Source: Bacteroidota bacterium
GTDB lineage: Bacteria > Bacteroidota > Bacteroidia > JABEUT01
Assembly: GCA_021823405.1 (NCBI GenBank)
Contig: JAKAOA010000003.1
Coordinates: forward strand, 1-60,139
Length of the DNA stretch: 60,139 bases
Direction of reading: 5' to 3'
Below are positions 28,329 to 38,913 of this stretch, in pieces. A program made the position numbers and the translations under genes. The first letter of the stretch is position 1. Each line of letters opens with the position of its first letter. Below the pieces are notes generated by a model that saw nothing but the letters and a program-made list of their open reading frames with translations, was not told the DNA's origin and did not search any database.

Positions 28329-29621
28329 TTATAACTGTTTTCTTTTCTTTTTGAGCCGAATGGTTACGGCATTTTTATGCCCCGTAAGTTGCTCCGCTTC
28401 CGCCATGGTTTCTATTGTCTCGGCAAGTTCCTCCAGCCCTGTACGGCTTATTTTCTGAAACGAGATATATTTGATAAAGCTTTCAACAGAGATGCCGCTT
28501 AATGTGCGTGCGAAGCCCGATGTAGGCAATGTGTGATTGGTTCCGGATGCATAGTCGCCTGCACTTTCGGGGGAATAGTTCCCGATGAAAACAGACCCTG
28601 CATTAATGACTTTACCAGCCATCTCTGCGGCATTTTTGCAGCAGAGTATCAGGTGTTCGGGCGCATATAAATTTGAGAAAGCCATTGCCTCGTTAAGGGA
28701 TTTGAATAGTAGAGCCCTGCTTTTTTTCAATGCCTCCGAAGCCAATTTCTTTCTGGGCAGGTATTCCAATTGTATGTTTACCTCCAACATGGTCCTGTTT
28801 ATCAATTCTGTGCTATCCGACAGGAGAATAACCTGGCTATCCGTTCCATGTTCCGCCTGGCTAAGCAGATCGGCGGCGATAAAAGCAGGATTAGAGCTGT
28901 CGTCCGCAATAATCAAAACTTCCGACGGTCCCGCCGGCATGTCAATGTCAATGCCTGTGCCTTCACAGTTAACGAGTTGTTTTGCAGCGGTAACATAAGC
29001 ATTGCCGGGTCCGAATATTTTGTCGGCTGCGGCTATGGTAGCAGTACCATAAGCCATAGCCCCTATCGCCTGTGCGCCTCCTATATTAAAAATATTTTTA
29101 ATTCCGCATAATCCGGCGGCATATAGTATTGCAGGGTGTACCGGTGGAGGCGAGCAGAGAATCACTTCCTTACATCCTGCTATTTGAGCGGGTATTCCCA
29201 GCATCAGCACGGTTGAAAATAGCGGTGCGGAGCCGCCGGGAATATACAACCCGACCTTTTCAACAGCCACCGGTTTTCTCCAACAGAGAACTCCTTTCGC
29301 CGTTTCGGTTTTTTTTACCTTCCCGCTAAATTGTGATGTATGAAAGGTGTAAATATTTTTATATGCTTTGCCAATAGCTTTCTTTAAAGCGGGCGAAATT
29401 TTGTTACCTGCTTCGCCGATAGCCCGTGCATCAATTTTTAAACTGGAGAGCCGTATTCCATCCAGTTCTTCCGTTATTTCAATCAAGGCGTTATCGCCTC
29501 TTTTTTTCACCTGCGTTAAAATGTCGCGAACAGTTTTTTCAATTGCCTTGTTTCCCGAACCCGGTCTTACGGCGAGATTCTCCCAACGGTTTCTCGGAGG
29601 ATATTTAAAAGTTTGCATCAT
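28329..29621 (-). CDS. hisD: Histidinol dehydrogenase.
   Basis: GPGNAYVTAAK; AGPSEVLIIAD; LLSQAEHG. Confidence 0.96.
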   Translation of the reverse strand: MMQTFKYPPRNRWENLAVRPGSGNKAIEKTVRDILTQVKKRGDNALIEITEELDGIRLSSLKIDARAIGEAGNKISPALKKAIGKAYKNIYTFHTSQFSGKVKKTETAKGVLCWRKPVAVEKVGLYIPGGSAPLFSTVLMLGIPAQIAGCKEVILCSPPPVHPAILYAAGLCGIKNIFNIGGAQAIGAMAYGTATIAAADKIFGPGNAYVTAAKQLVNCEGTGIDIDMPAGPSEVLIIADDSSNPAFIAADLLSQAEHGTDSQVILLSDSTELINRTMLEVNIQLEYLPRKKLASEALKKSRALLFKSLNEAMAFSNLYAPEHLILCCKNAAEMAGKVINAGSVFIGNYSPESAGDYASGTNHTLPTSGFARTLSGISVESFIKYISFQKISRTGLEELAETIETMAEAEQLTGHKNAVTIRLKKKRKQL

Positions 29622-29633
29622 GGATTCAGGCGG

Positions 29634-30488
29634 TTATATTACCATTTTTTCTATCGGCACAACCAGTATTCCTTGTGCGCCGTAATCTTTAAGTTTTTCA
29701 ATAACATCCCAAAATTCTTCCTCCATAATTACGGAATGCACGCTGCACCAACCCTTTTCGGCGAGCGGAAGTATTGTAGGGCTTTTCATTCCCGGAATGA
29801 GCGTTAAAATTTTGTTGAGATTCTTATCAGGAGCATTCAGCAGGATATATTTGTTTTTTTTCGCCTTTCTAACCGCCTTCATGCGGAATATCAGTTTCGT
29901 AAGAATTTCCTGCTCCTGCCTGTTCAGGCGAGGGTTGGCTATCAGAGCCGCCTGACTCTCCATTACGGTTGCCGCTTCTTTCAGTCCGTTTGAGAACAGA
30001 GTGCTGCCGGAGCTTACCAGATCGCAGATGGCGTCGGCAAGCCCAATTCCGGGGGCTATTTCCACCGAACCGCTTATTTCATGTATTTCGGCTTTAATTT
30101 TGTTTTTTTTCAGATATGCGGAGAGAATATTGGCGTACGAGGTGGCTATACGCATGCCGTTCAACCCCCTTGCGCCGGCATAGGTTTTGTCTTTGGGTAC
30201 GGCGATGGAGAGACGGCATTTGCCGAAACCGAGTTGTTGCACCACCTTAACCTTTTTCTTTTTTTCGGCAATCACATTTTCGCCGACTATGCCTGTTGCC
30301 GCAACCTTGTCCGCCACGTATTGGGGTATATCATCGTCGCGCAAGTACAGTATTTCCAGCGGAAAGTTAGATGCTTCGGTGCGCAACTTATTCATGCTGT
30401 TGTTAAAGTCGATACCGCATTCTTTAAGCAGTTTTACGGAGTCGTCGTATAATCTGCCCGATTTCTGTATTGCAATTTTCAGTTTCAT
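29634..30488 (-). CDS. hisG: ATP phosphoribosyltransferase (long form).
   Basis: LKIAIQKSGRL; DLVSSGSTL. First gene of the his operon. Confidence 0.94.
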   Translation of the reverse strand: MKLKIAIQKSGRLYDDSVKLLKECGIDFNNSMNKLRTEASNFPLEILYLRDDDIPQYVADKVAATGIVGENVIAEKKKKVKVVQQLGFGKCRLSIAVPKDKTYAGARGLNGMRIATSYANILSAYLKKNKIKAEIHEISGSVEIAPGIGLADAICDLVSSGSTLFSNGLKEAATVMESQAALIANPRLNRQEQEILTKLIFRMKAVRKAKKNKYILLNAPDKNLNKILTLIPGMKSPTILPLAEKGWCSVHSVIMEEEFWDVIEKLKDYGAQGILVVPIEKMVI

Positions 30489-30510
30489 GGATGGTTCTGA
30501 TTATTGGTAT

Positions 30511-30538
30511 AAAAAAAACTTACTTGATTAGGTAAGCC
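30511..30538 (-). terminator. Candidate attenuator terminator upstream of hisG.
   Basis: The minus strand reads GGCUUAC-CUAAUCAA-GUAAGUU, a 5 bp stem plus 2 G.U pairs, followed by further U residues (8 consecutive T in total). It ends 22 nt before the hisG ATG. Confidence 0.45.
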
Positions 30539-30582
30539 GCGAGAATATTGTTAAGTTGTTTGGAAAGAGTGAACAATATGCC

Positions 30583-30642
30583 TTAAGCTCTGGATTTAGC
30601 GTGATGCGCCTGGTGATGCCGATGTAGAAGCAAAATGTTCAT
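30583..30642 (-). CDS. Candidate his operon leader peptide (19 aa, MNILLLHRHHQAHHAKSRA).
   Basis: Five His codons fall within 8 consecutive codons. The ORF is on the same strand as the his operon, ~95 nt upstream of hisG, and is followed by hairpins and a U-tract. Confidence 0.5.
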   Translation of the reverse strand: MNILLLHRHHQAHHAKSRA

Positions 30643-30646
30643 GGCG

Positions 30647-30654
30647 CAAAGATA
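30647..30654 (-). promoter_or_regulatory. TAnnTTTG -7 box for the his leader / his operon.
   Basis: The minus strand reads TATCTTTG, then cgcc, then the leader ATG. The spacing implies a leaderless or near-leaderless transcript. Confidence 0.4.
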
Positions 30655-30726
30655 AATTAAAAAATGGAATCGCTTACTATTTCGGCGGCGACTGACCGTC
30701 ATCATGAGAATATTTTGCATATTGCG

Positions 30727-30734
30727 TAACTTTG
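30727..30734 (+). promoter_or_regulatory. TAnnTTTG -7 box for the copper ATPase gene.
   Basis: TAACTTTG lies 30 nt upstream of the ATG at 30764. Confidence 0.45.
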
Positions 30735-30763
30735 CATGATAATCACCTGCAGGGAATATAATA

Positions 30764-32899
30764 ATGGAACAGTCCGATATAACGCTTGATATAGAAGGGA
30801 TGCACTGCCAGAGTTGCGCCAATACCATTACAAGCGCGCTAAAAGGGCAGGGATTGGAGAATGTAAAGGTGGATTACCTGGCAAAAGAAGCCACCTTTTT
30901 CGTTGATGATAAGAGAAAAGTAGCGGAAGCCATCAAGACGATTGAGCGGTCGGGATACAAGGCGCGTATCCATAACGACGGTATTGTGGGCGCGGCTCCG
31001 CCACAGACCATCTGGCAGAAGTTCGGATTGCAGATACGATTCGCAGGGGCTGCCATACTTACCGCGCCTCTGCTGCTTCACATGCTTCTGAATATAAACG
31101 CCCTTCACGACCCGCTTGTTCAGTTCATGTTCTGTTTGCCCGTATTTGTTACCGGCTTGTTCTATTTTGGCAGAAGCGCATGGGGTTCGCTGCGGGCGAA
31201 ATCGGCGAACATGGATGTATTGATTACGTTAGGATTTAGCGCCGCATTCCTGTACAGTTTGATAGTTATGCGGCATTACCCCCTTATATCGCCCCATCCG
31301 CTTTACTTTGATACCTGCGCCACTATAATAACGCTCGTATTGCTCGGCAATATGATAGAGAGCCGGTCTGTTAAGGGAACCACATCGGCGCTTACAGAAT
31401 TATTGAAGATACAGAAACAGAAAGCCAATAAAATAGTTTTACAGAACGGCAAGGAGGAAATTGTCGCGACTGATTATGAAGAGTTACAGAAGGGAGATAT
31501 GCTCTTGGTAAAAAAGGGCGAGAGCATACCTGTTGACGGTACTATTACCGAAGGCGTAGCATCCGTAAACGAGTCGATGGTAACGGGTGAAAGCATTCCG
31601 GTAACCAGGCAGCAGGGCGAAGCGGTTATTGGCGGCACCATTGTAGTGGGCGGTCATTTGCGTTTTCGCGCCGAAAAAGTGGGTAAGGATACAGTGGTGG
31701 CGCATATAATATCAATGGTTAAAAGCGCCGAAAGTTCTGCGCCGAGGATACAGCGTATCGGCGACAGAGTAAGCGCCGTGTTCGTACCCGTTGTTATAGG
31801 AATATCAGTTTTAACCTTTATAACCGCTTATCTTTTGTTGCATTTAAGTATTGAAAATTCCATACTTCACAGTATAGCGGTGCTTGTAATCGCCTGCCCC
31901 TGCGCAATGGGACTCGCCACCCCTACCGCGGTTGCGGTAGCCATGGGAATGGCGGCGCGCAAAGGCATACTGATTAAAGGCGCTTCGACCATGGAGGCGG
32001 TGGTAGCCATAAAAAATGTAGCGTTCGACAAGACCGGCACTCTTACCACAGGGGCGTTTACGGTAAAAAATATTTCACTTTTTAATGGTGCCGCTCCCGA
32101 ATTCGTAAACAGCATCCTTTACAGTATGGAGCAATATTCAACACACCCTATTGCCCGGTCAATTACCGGATTCCTTGAAGGGAAATGCGCTAAAATAGTT
32201 TTAAAGGAAATAGAGGAAAAGGAAGGGACCGGCATGAGTGCGAAAGATGAGGCAGGTCGCATTTACCTGCTCGGTTCTTATAAAATAGCCGCCGGGCTCA
32301 CCGACGAAGCGCACCACGCCGTGTACCTTGTACAGGATGAAAAGCTTATTGCGGCGGTAGACCTCGAAGATGCCATCTGCAAAAATGCGGTAAGCGCCGT
32401 TGCCGAACTAAAGAAGATGGCGATACACACAGTTATGCTTACCGGAGATAAACAATCGGCGGCGGAACAGATAGCGGCAGAGATCGGTATTGATGAAGTG
32501 CATGCAGGGCAGCTGCCTTACCAGAAGTTAGATGAGATAAGCCGCCTTTCAGGCATATCGCCTACCGCCATGGTTGGCGACGGGATTAATGACGCGCCAG
32601 CCCTTGCTATAGCAAATCTGGGCATCTCTCTCGGTGGCGCCACAAAAATTGCCATGCAGGCAGCGAGCGTGATATTGCTCGGCGAACACGATTTAAGTCA
32701 ACTGCCGATGGTTTTTAAAATAAGCAGGGCTACGCTTCGGGTTATTAAGCAGAACCTGTTTTGGGCGCTGCTGTACAATGTGGTTGCCATACCGCTTGCA
32801 GCAACAGGCGTATTAAGTCCGGTATGGAGCGCGCTCGCCATGTCGTTCTCCGATGTTATAGTGGTTGGAAATTCATTAAGGTTAAAGAGAATGATATAG
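30764..32899 (+). CDS. copA: Heavy-metal (Cu+-type) translocating P-type ATPase.
   Basis: HMA domain GMHCQSC, plus CPCAMGLATP, DKTGTLT and GDGINDAP. Confidence 0.93.
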   Translation: MEQSDITLDIEGMHCQSCANTITSALKGQGLENVKVDYLAKEATFFVDDKRKVAEAIKTIERSGYKARIHNDGIVGAAPPQTIWQKFGLQIRFAGAAILTAPLLLHMLLNINALHDPLVQFMFCLPVFVTGLFYFGRSAWGSLRAKSANMDVLITLGFSAAFLYSLIVMRHYPLISPHPLYFDTCATIITLVLLGNMIESRSVKGTTSALTELLKIQKQKANKIVLQNGKEEIVATDYEELQKGDMLLVKKGESIPVDGTITEGVASVNESMVTGESIPVTRQQGEAVIGGTIVVGGHLRFRAEKVGKDTVVAHIISMVKSAESSAPRIQRIGDRVSAVFVPVVIGISVLTFITAYLLLHLSIENSILHSIAVLVIACPCAMGLATPTAVAVAMGMAARKGILIKGASTMEAVVAIKNVAFDKTGTLTTGAFTVKNISLFNGAAPEFVNSILYSMEQYSTHPIARSITGFLEGKCAKIVLKEIEEKEGTGMSAKDEAGRIYLLGSYKIAAGLTDEAHHAVYLVQDEKLIAAVDLEDAICKNAVSAVAELKKMAIHTVMLTGDKQSAAEQIAAEIGIDEVHAGQLPYQKLDEISRLSGISPTAMVGDGINDAPALAIANLGISLGGATKIAMQAASVILLGEHDLSQLPMVFKISRATLRVIKQNLFWALLYNVVAIPLAATGVLSPVWSALAMSFSDVIVVGNSLRLKRMI

Positions 32900-32995
32900 A
32901 CGTGTGAAAATTGCCGAATCAGCATAATTCGTAACACCTTCAGACGATTTACGTATAATATTCGTATTCTCTTAATAACTTCTAATTTTCACTTT

Positions 32996-33721
32996 ATGTC
33001 TAAATTAAGTTCTAACTGGTTAACCGAGAATCATATTGATTTTGAATACAAAAAATATGTGCTTCTTGCCTATCTCCAGGAAGTAAGCCGCGATTTTGAG
33101 ATGCAGAAGCTGTATCCATCGTTGAAAGAGCTTTTTGTCCATTACAGGCAGGTACTGGCTATAAGAAAAAACAGGGATGAATTGCGCAACGGATTCCCGC
33201 AGGAAGCCAAAGATATAGATATGGAAAAAATGACGCTTGTGTACGACAGTTTGTTTTCGGACAGCGAGCTTATGAAAGAGATAGATGAAATAATAAATTA
33301 TTCCATACCCTGTTTTGAAAAGTACCTGGCTGAAGGCAGAAGAATATATGATTTAATAGACCAGCAAATTTCTATTAATCCGGTAGGGATAGTGCCGCTT
33401 CATGCAGTGGAGGGATATATGTTTATAAGAGACGGAAGGAACGCCGACACAAAGGTTTTTGAATATGACATCTCGCTTTTTGAACAGCCGGACGGTAAAT
33501 ACAGGGGGATACATACCGAGTTCATCAAGACCTGTGAATCGGGAATAAGTTTCACATACCAATATATTAAAATGGAGCTTATAAAGGAAAAGAAGGAATT
33601 GCCGAATCCCGCAGCTTACGCCATAGAAAGCGAACTTGTTCTGCCGCTGGAGCAAACGCTGCTGCCTATCGCCAAAATGAGGTTGCTCCAATATCTGCAA
33701 GCGGATGCGAAGATGGAATAG
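32996..33721 (+). CDS. Conserved hypothetical protein (241 aa).
   Basis: A clean ORF with typical local composition. No family recognised. Confidence 0.7.
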   Translation: MSKLSSNWLTENHIDFEYKKYVLLAYLQEVSRDFEMQKLYPSLKELFVHYRQVLAIRKNRDELRNGFPQEAKDIDMEKMTLVYDSLFSDSELMKEIDEIINYSIPCFEKYLAEGRRIYDLIDQQISINPVGIVPLHAVEGYMFIRDGRNADTKVFEYDISLFEQPDGKYRGIHTEFIKTCESGISFTYQYIKMELIKEKKELPNPAAYAIESELVLPLEQTLLPIAKMRLLQYLQADAKME

Positions 33722-33751
33722 ACGCTGCAGGACACATTTTGTTGCCTGAAT

Positions 33752-34663
33752 TTATTCCCAGAAAGTCCAGGAACTTACGCTCTCAAAATTAGGGTTAAAG
33801 GTCGGGTGAATGCTCAAGACGGGAATATAGGAATGGTTTACCACTTGCTGTATAACGGGACCAATTATAAATTCTGAAATAGATTGCCTGTCAAGGTCGG
33901 CGGTAACTGCAATGAGGTCGGCTTTTTTCTTAACTGCATATTCAAAAATCACTTTGGCTGCATAATTTCCTTTAATCACATCCGATGTAGTATTCACCCC
34001 CGCCTTTTCAGCGGCATTTTCAATCTGTTTCGCCTCAATATTTAATTTTTTCATTGCGGAAGCGGAGGAATCGTAGCTGATACCGAGTATGTGGAGCGTT
34101 GCGCCGAAAAGTTCTGCCATACAGATGGCGAAATCGACCGATTCTCTTGAATGGGGTTTGTCGCAAAACGGGAGAAGGATATCTTTAAAACCACCTTTGG
34201 TTGTGCGTTTCTGCACCGACAGTACAGGGCATTCCGCCTCGCTTACCACCCTGAAAGTATTGCTGCCTACAACAAAATTTCTTACGCCGCCGGAGCCGTG
34301 GGTACCCATAATGATGATGTCGGCTTTGATCTTTTTAACTGCAGAAAGTATCATTTTGTAAGGCGTTCCGTTTTCAATTATGGTTTCAACTTTAGGAACT
34401 CCCGCGTTCTGCAAATCTTTTTTCATGTCATTCAGCTGCTCTTTTACCCATGATAAAACTTCTTTTTCATACATCCCCGGCGGCAGAGTCGATTTTCTGA
34501 AGTAATCGCCTTTTTTGCTTCCAAGCGGGCTGTCAAGTGCATGAAGCAGGGTTATTTTCGCTTTGGTTATCTTAGCCATTACTATAGCTTGTTTTAATGC
34601 TTTTTCGCCTGTTCCCGAAAAATCAACCGGAACGAGAATGTTCTGAATCTTGAAGGAAGCCAT
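33752..34663 (-). CDS. Universal stress protein with tandem UspA domains.
   Basis: ILVPVDFS...A..A...A; IIMGTHGSGG; the second half repeats the pattern. Confidence 0.85.
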   Translation of the reverse strand: MASFKIQNILVPVDFSGTGEKALKQAIVMAKITKAKITLLHALDSPLGSKKGDYFRKSTLPPGMYEKEVLSWVKEQLNDMKKDLQNAGVPKVETIIENGTPYKMILSAVKKIKADIIIMGTHGSGGVRNFVVGSNTFRVVSEAECPVLSVQKRTTKGGFKDILLPFCDKPHSRESVDFAICMAELFGATLHILGISYDSSASAMKKLNIEAKQIENAAEKAGVNTTSDVIKGNYAAKVIFEYAVKKKADLIAVTADLDRQSISEFIIGPVIQQVVNHSYIPVLSIHPTFNPNFESVSSWTFWE

Positions 34664-34802
34664 AATGTGTTTAATTTAGGGTGATATGTGGGCGCAATAA
34701 TAGTGATTTTTTGGCATTCGCACCATCGGGGTTAAAACATTTGCCATGCAAATAGCAGGGATGATGCCGGTAACAGGCAATATCGGATGCCGTTCAATAG
34801 TA

Positions 34803-36035
34803 TTATGGGGCGCCTGAAGGGGTTTGTTTTACCGACAGGATGTTACCGGTTTCAGAGTACGCTGTTCGTGTGAATATAAGGGCAAACATCATTACCAAAC
34901 TGGTTGCTATAATTACGAAATAAAGAATACCATTGTCAAAAAGAGGAGAAAGGTAACGCGGCGGGATATTATAGAAAAGCACAACTGTAACCAGTCCTCT
35001 CGGGGCAATGAAAATTTCCGGAAATACATTCGCCCTCGACACGAAGAAGAGAAAAATGAACCGTGCGATAAGAATGCACACGGTAATAGCCAGTCCGGTT
35101 ATAATAATATTGGTATTGAACAGGGCATACACTTTCATGGTATAGCCGAAAAGGATGAAAAAGAAGGTGCGCACCAGAAACGCCGATTCGGCGGTAAGCA
35201 ATTTCAGTTCTGCTGTAACTGCCGACATCTTTTCGAGATGAAGTACGTTGGCGAGCTTTCCTCTGATATAATATTTACTGCTGTTCAGCATCATGCCAAA
35301 GACCAGGATTAACAAAAGGGAAGGTAATTGGAAAATTTTAGCAAACGTGTAAATAAGCGTAAGAATGGCAAAAATGAGGAATGACTTGATGTGCGCGCTA
35401 AGCTTGTTTAACATAAAAATAAGAAGCGCTGAACTTGCAAACGAGATTAGTATGATGGCGATAAGTTGAATAAAAAACTGAACAAAGGAGTTGGAAGTTA
35501 TAATCTCATCAGCGATTACAAAATTGAAGACCATAATGCCAATTATATCCGATATGGTTGATTCATAAATAATGAACTCCATCTTACCTTCAGAAAGCCA
35601 CCTTACCGAGGGAATTGCGATAGAACTGCTGATTACACCCAGTGGTATGGAGTAAATGATTGAATTCATAAGGGGTATTCCCTTATATTGATAAAGAACA
35701 AGAACAATCAGGGCGCAACTGCCTATAATAATAAGTATGGAAACAAGGATGGCTTTGCCGATAACCGGAAGTTTTTTACGCGTTACATCCAGTTCCAGCG
35801 CGCCTTCGAGAACAATAAGGATCAGTCCTATCTCGCCGAAGATGCCGAGCAAAATCTGAACGTCAGGCACCTGTATAGAAAATTTCTGGGCAAGTAGCCG
35901 CAAACCTACTCCTGTGCCAAGCAGGAGAATAACCGATGGTATCTTTATATACTTTGCAACAAAATTAAAGAGATATGAGAGTATTATAAGTACGCTTAAG
36001 GAGATTAATATTTTGTCGGTTACCATGTAGTACAA
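34803..36035 (-). CDS. Cation:proton antiporter (Na+/H+ exchanger family).
   Basis: About 11-12 TM segments and a GAL-E-LD-type segment. The start may instead be the Met at 36026. Confidence 0.8.
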   Translation of the reverse strand: MYYMVTDKILISLSVLIILSYLFNFVAKYIKIPSVILLLGTGVGLRLLAQKFSIQVPDVQILLGIFGEIGLILIVLEGALELDVTRKKLPVIGKAILVSILIIIGSCALIVLVLYQYKGIPLMNSIIYSIPLGVISSSIAIPSVRWLSEGKMEFIIYESTISDIIGIMVFNFVIADEIITSNSFVQFFIQLIAIILISFASSALLIFMLNKLSAHIKSFLIFAILTLIYTFAKIFQLPSLLLILVFGMMLNSSKYYIRGKLANVLHLEKMSAVTAELKLLTAESAFLVRTFFFILFGYTMKVYALFNTNIIITGLAITVCILIARFIFLFFVSRANVFPEIFIAPRGLVTVVLFYNIPPRYLSPLFDNGILYFVIIATSLVMMFALIFTRTAYSETGNILSVKQTPSGAP

Positions 36036-36215
36036 AAATAGGAAAGAAAAGCGGACTGCCGGTGATGTTTAAGTAAATTTAGCATTAAAGTTTTATTAAA
36101 AAACACTACTTACGGGCAGTACACCTTTACGGGCGTCATACCGATGCTTTGATCCCAATAGATACCAAGTTCTATTGTAGTCGGTATAGTTCACCTCTTG
36201 TTACTGATTCTTCCT

Positions 36216-36223
36216 TATATTTG
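36216..36223 (+). promoter_or_regulatory. TAnnTTTG -7 box for thrS.
   Basis: TATATTTG lies 25 nt upstream of the ATG at 36248. Confidence 0.5.
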
Positions 36224-36247
36224 CACCCCTGTCGAAAAAAAGTGGCT

Positions 36248-38206
36248 ATGGTTCGTATAAAATTTCCTGACGGAAGGGTAAAAGAATATCCCGAAGGCGT
36301 TACCGCCCTCGAGGTGGCTAAGAGTATTAGCAACTCGCTGGCGGATAAGGTTATTGCCGCCAAAGTGAACGGACAGGTGTGGGATGCCACCCGCCCGCTG
36401 AAAGGCGAAGTGGAACTTAAATTACTTACGTGGAATGACCCCGAAGGCAAAGCTGCTTTCTGGCATTCTTCGGCTCACCTGATGGCGGAAGCGCTGGAGT
36501 CGTTTTATCCCGGAATGAAATTCGGTATCGGTCCGCCTATAGAAACCGGATTTTATTACGATGTGGATCCGGGCGACAAAGTGATATCGGCGGAAGATTT
36601 TAAGAAGATAGAAGACAAAATGCTGGAGTTGGCGCGCCGCAAAAATAAATATATAAGAGAGGATGTGCCTAAGAAAGAGGCGATAAAGTATTTTAAAGAT
36701 AAAGGCGATGAATATAAGTTGGACCTTTTAGAGAACCTGCAAGACGGCTCCATCACCTTCTACCGGCAAGGTAATTTTACAGATTTATGCCGCGGTCCGC
36801 ATATACCCGATACCGGATATATAAAGGCAGTGAAGCTGCTTAACGTAGCGGGTGCATACTGGCGCGGCGATGAGCATAACAAACAGCTTACCCGCATATA
36901 CGCGGTAACCTATCCTGACCAGAAGGAACTTGCCGAGTACCTTACCATGATTGAAGAAGCCAAGAAGCGCGACCACCGCAAATTGGGCAAAGAACTGGCA
37001 TTATTTACCTTTTCGGAGAAAGTAGGGTTGGGGTTGCCGCTGTGGCTGCCGAACGGCGCCGCTCTGCGGGAGCGGCTGGAGAATTTTATGCGCAATGCCC
37101 AGCGCGAAGCCGGATATATGCAGGTTGTTACCCCGCACATAGGGCATAAAGACCTCTACATTACCTCGGGGCATTATGAGAAGTACGGAAAGGACTCTTT
37201 TCAACCGATACGTACTCCCCAGGAGGGCGAGGAATTTTTCTTAAAGCCGATGAATTGTCCGCACCATTGCGAGATATACCGGAGCAGCCAGCATTCCTAT
37301 CGAGAACTTCCACTGCGGCTTGCCGAATTCGGCACCGTGTACAGATATGAGCAGAGCGGTGAATTGCATGGTTTGACACGCGTGCGCGGCTTTACCCAGG
37401 ATGACGCCCACATCTTTTGCCGCCCCGACCAGGTTAAAGAGGAGTTTGTGAACGTTATAGACCTTGTGCTTAAAGTATTCAAAACGCTCGGATTCACTGA
37501 CTATACAGCGCAGGTTTCGCTGCGCGACCGCACTGAAACAACGTCTGTCGGTCAGAAGGGCAGTAAATACATTGGAACAGAAGAGAATTGGGAGAAGGCG
37601 GAAAAGGCGATAATAGAGGCAGCTGACGAAAAGGGATTGAAAACGAATGTTGTTTACGGCGAAGCCGCTTTTTACGGACCCAAGCTCGATTTTATGGTAA
37701 AGGATGCTTTAAAAAGAAACTGGCAGCTTGGTACCATACAGGTTGATTATAATCTGCCGGAACGGTTTGATCTGGAATATGTTGGTTCCGATAATCAGAA
37801 GCACCGCCCTGTAATGATACACCGGGCTCCGTTCGGCTCGCTGGAAAGGTTTGTCGCCGTACTGCTCGAACATTGCGCCGGCAACCTGCCTCTATGGCTT
37901 GCCCCTGACCAGGTAGCCCTGCTCACCATAAGCGAAAATAATTTGGCATATTCTCAAAAAATTTCGCATTTGCTGAAAAAATACGATATTCGCACCCTCA
38001 TTGATGAAAGGAATGAGAAAATAGGAAAGAAAATAAGAGACGCCGAACTGAAAAAAATACCCTATATGCTGATACTCGGGGATAAGGAGATGGCAGAGGA
38101 TAAGGTAGCGGTGCGAAAGCATGGCAAAGGGGATGTGGGAGCGATGAGTGCAGAAGATTTCGCTAAAAAGATTGAGGAAGAGATAAAAGAGGAACTTGGA
38201 AAGTAA
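36248..38206 (+). CDS. thrS: Threonine--tRNA ligase.
   Basis: TGS domain [14 protein letters not shown]; HSSAHLMA; RDHRKLG; class II motifs [21 protein letters not shown]. Confidence 0.96.
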   Translation: MVRIKFPDGRVKEYPEGVTALEVAKSISNSLADKVIAAKVNGQVWDATRPLKGEVELKLLTWNDPEGKAAFWHSSAHLMAEALESFYPGMKFGIGPPIETGFYYDVDPGDKVISAEDFKKIEDKMLELARRKNKYIREDVPKKEAIKYFKDKGDEYKLDLLENLQDGSITFYRQGNFTDLCRGPHIPDTGYIKAVKLLNVAGAYWRGDEHNKQLTRIYAVTYPDQKELAEYLTMIEEAKKRDHRKLGKELALFTFSEKVGLGLPLWLPNGAALRERLENFMRNAQREAGYMQVVTPHIGHKDLYITSGHYEKYGKDSFQPIRTPQEGEEFFLKPMNCPHHCEIYRSSQHSYRELPLRLAEFGTVYRYEQSGELHGLTRVRGFTQDDAHIFCRPDQVKEEFVNVIDLVLKVFKTLGFTDYTAQVSLRDRTETTSVGQKGSKYIGTEENWEKAEKAIIEAADEKGLKTNVVYGEAAFYGPKLDFMVKDALKRNWQLGTIQVDYNLPERFDLEYVGSDNQKHRPVMIHRAPFGSLERFVAVLLEHCAGNLPLWLAPDQVALLTISENNLAYSQKISHLLKKYDIRTLIDERNEKIGKKIRDAELKKIPYMLILGDKEMAEDKVAVRKHGKGDVGAMSAEDFAKKIEEEIKEELGK

Positions 38207-38274
38207 TTACTAAAGAACGGAAAACAGGAATTCATTGTACTATAATTTTTAACCAATAAAAAAGGGAGGACAGT

Positions 38275-38841
38275 ATAGCAGCGCCAGTAAATTTTCGACA
38301 AAGCGTTTCGCACCGCGACAGAGTTCGTAAGAATGAGCCGCAACACAATATTAATGATAGGATAAGAGCGCGAACGGTAAGAGTAGTGGGAGATGGGATA
38401 GATCAGGAAGTAGTTCCAATTGAAAAGGCGCTCCAGATGGCGAAGAACGCCGGTCTCGATCTTGTTGAAATCTCATCGACTACCGACCCTCCGGTTTGCA
38501 AGATAATAGATTATAAGAAATTCCTGTACGAGCAAAAGAGGAAGCAGAAGGAAATAAAGGCAAAAACGTCTAAGGTAATAGTAAAGGAAATACGTTTCGG
38601 ACCGCATACTGAAGACCACGATTTTAATTTTAAAAAGAATCATGCCATCAGCTTTCTTAAACATGGCGCAAAAGTGAGGGCTTATGTGTTTTTCAGAGGC
38701 AGAACAATATTGTTCAAGGAACAGGGTGAAGTGCTTCTGTTAAAATTTGCGCAGGAACTGGAAGAATTTGGAAAGGTAGAACAGTTGCCGGTACTTGACG
38801 GTAAAAAAATGACGATGATACTGTCGCCGAAGAAAAAATAG
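38275..38841 (+). CDS. infC: Translation initiation factor IF-3, with a probable non-AUG (AUA) start.
   Basis: The conserved N-terminus ...[20 protein letters not shown] lies upstream of the first in-frame AUG/GUG. The frame is open from 38260, and the only plausible near-cognate start is ATA at 38275, preceded by GGGAGGA. Confidence 0.8.
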   Translation: MAAPVNFRQSVSHRDRVRKNEPQHNINDRIRARTVRVVGDGIDQEVVPIEKALQMAKNAGLDLVEISSTTDPPVCKIIDYKKFLYEQKRKQKEIKAKTSKVIVKEIRFGPHTEDHDFNFKKNHAISFLKHGAKVRAYVFFRGRTILFKEQGEVLLLKFAQELEEFGKVEQLPVLDGKKMTMILSPKKK

Positions 38842-38913
38842 AAAACCGATAACGACAAAAAGGATTAGCTAACGCAAAAAATAAATTATAACCACCATAT
38901 ATAACGACATACA

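Noticed and set aside
30583-30828. 81-aa minus-strand ORF spanning the hisG-copA intergenic region.
   Set aside because: Its 5' part overlaps the copA start and both divergent promoter boxes. Only the last 19 codons, starting from an internal ATG at 30642 and rich in His, make biological sense, and these are reported as a leader peptide.
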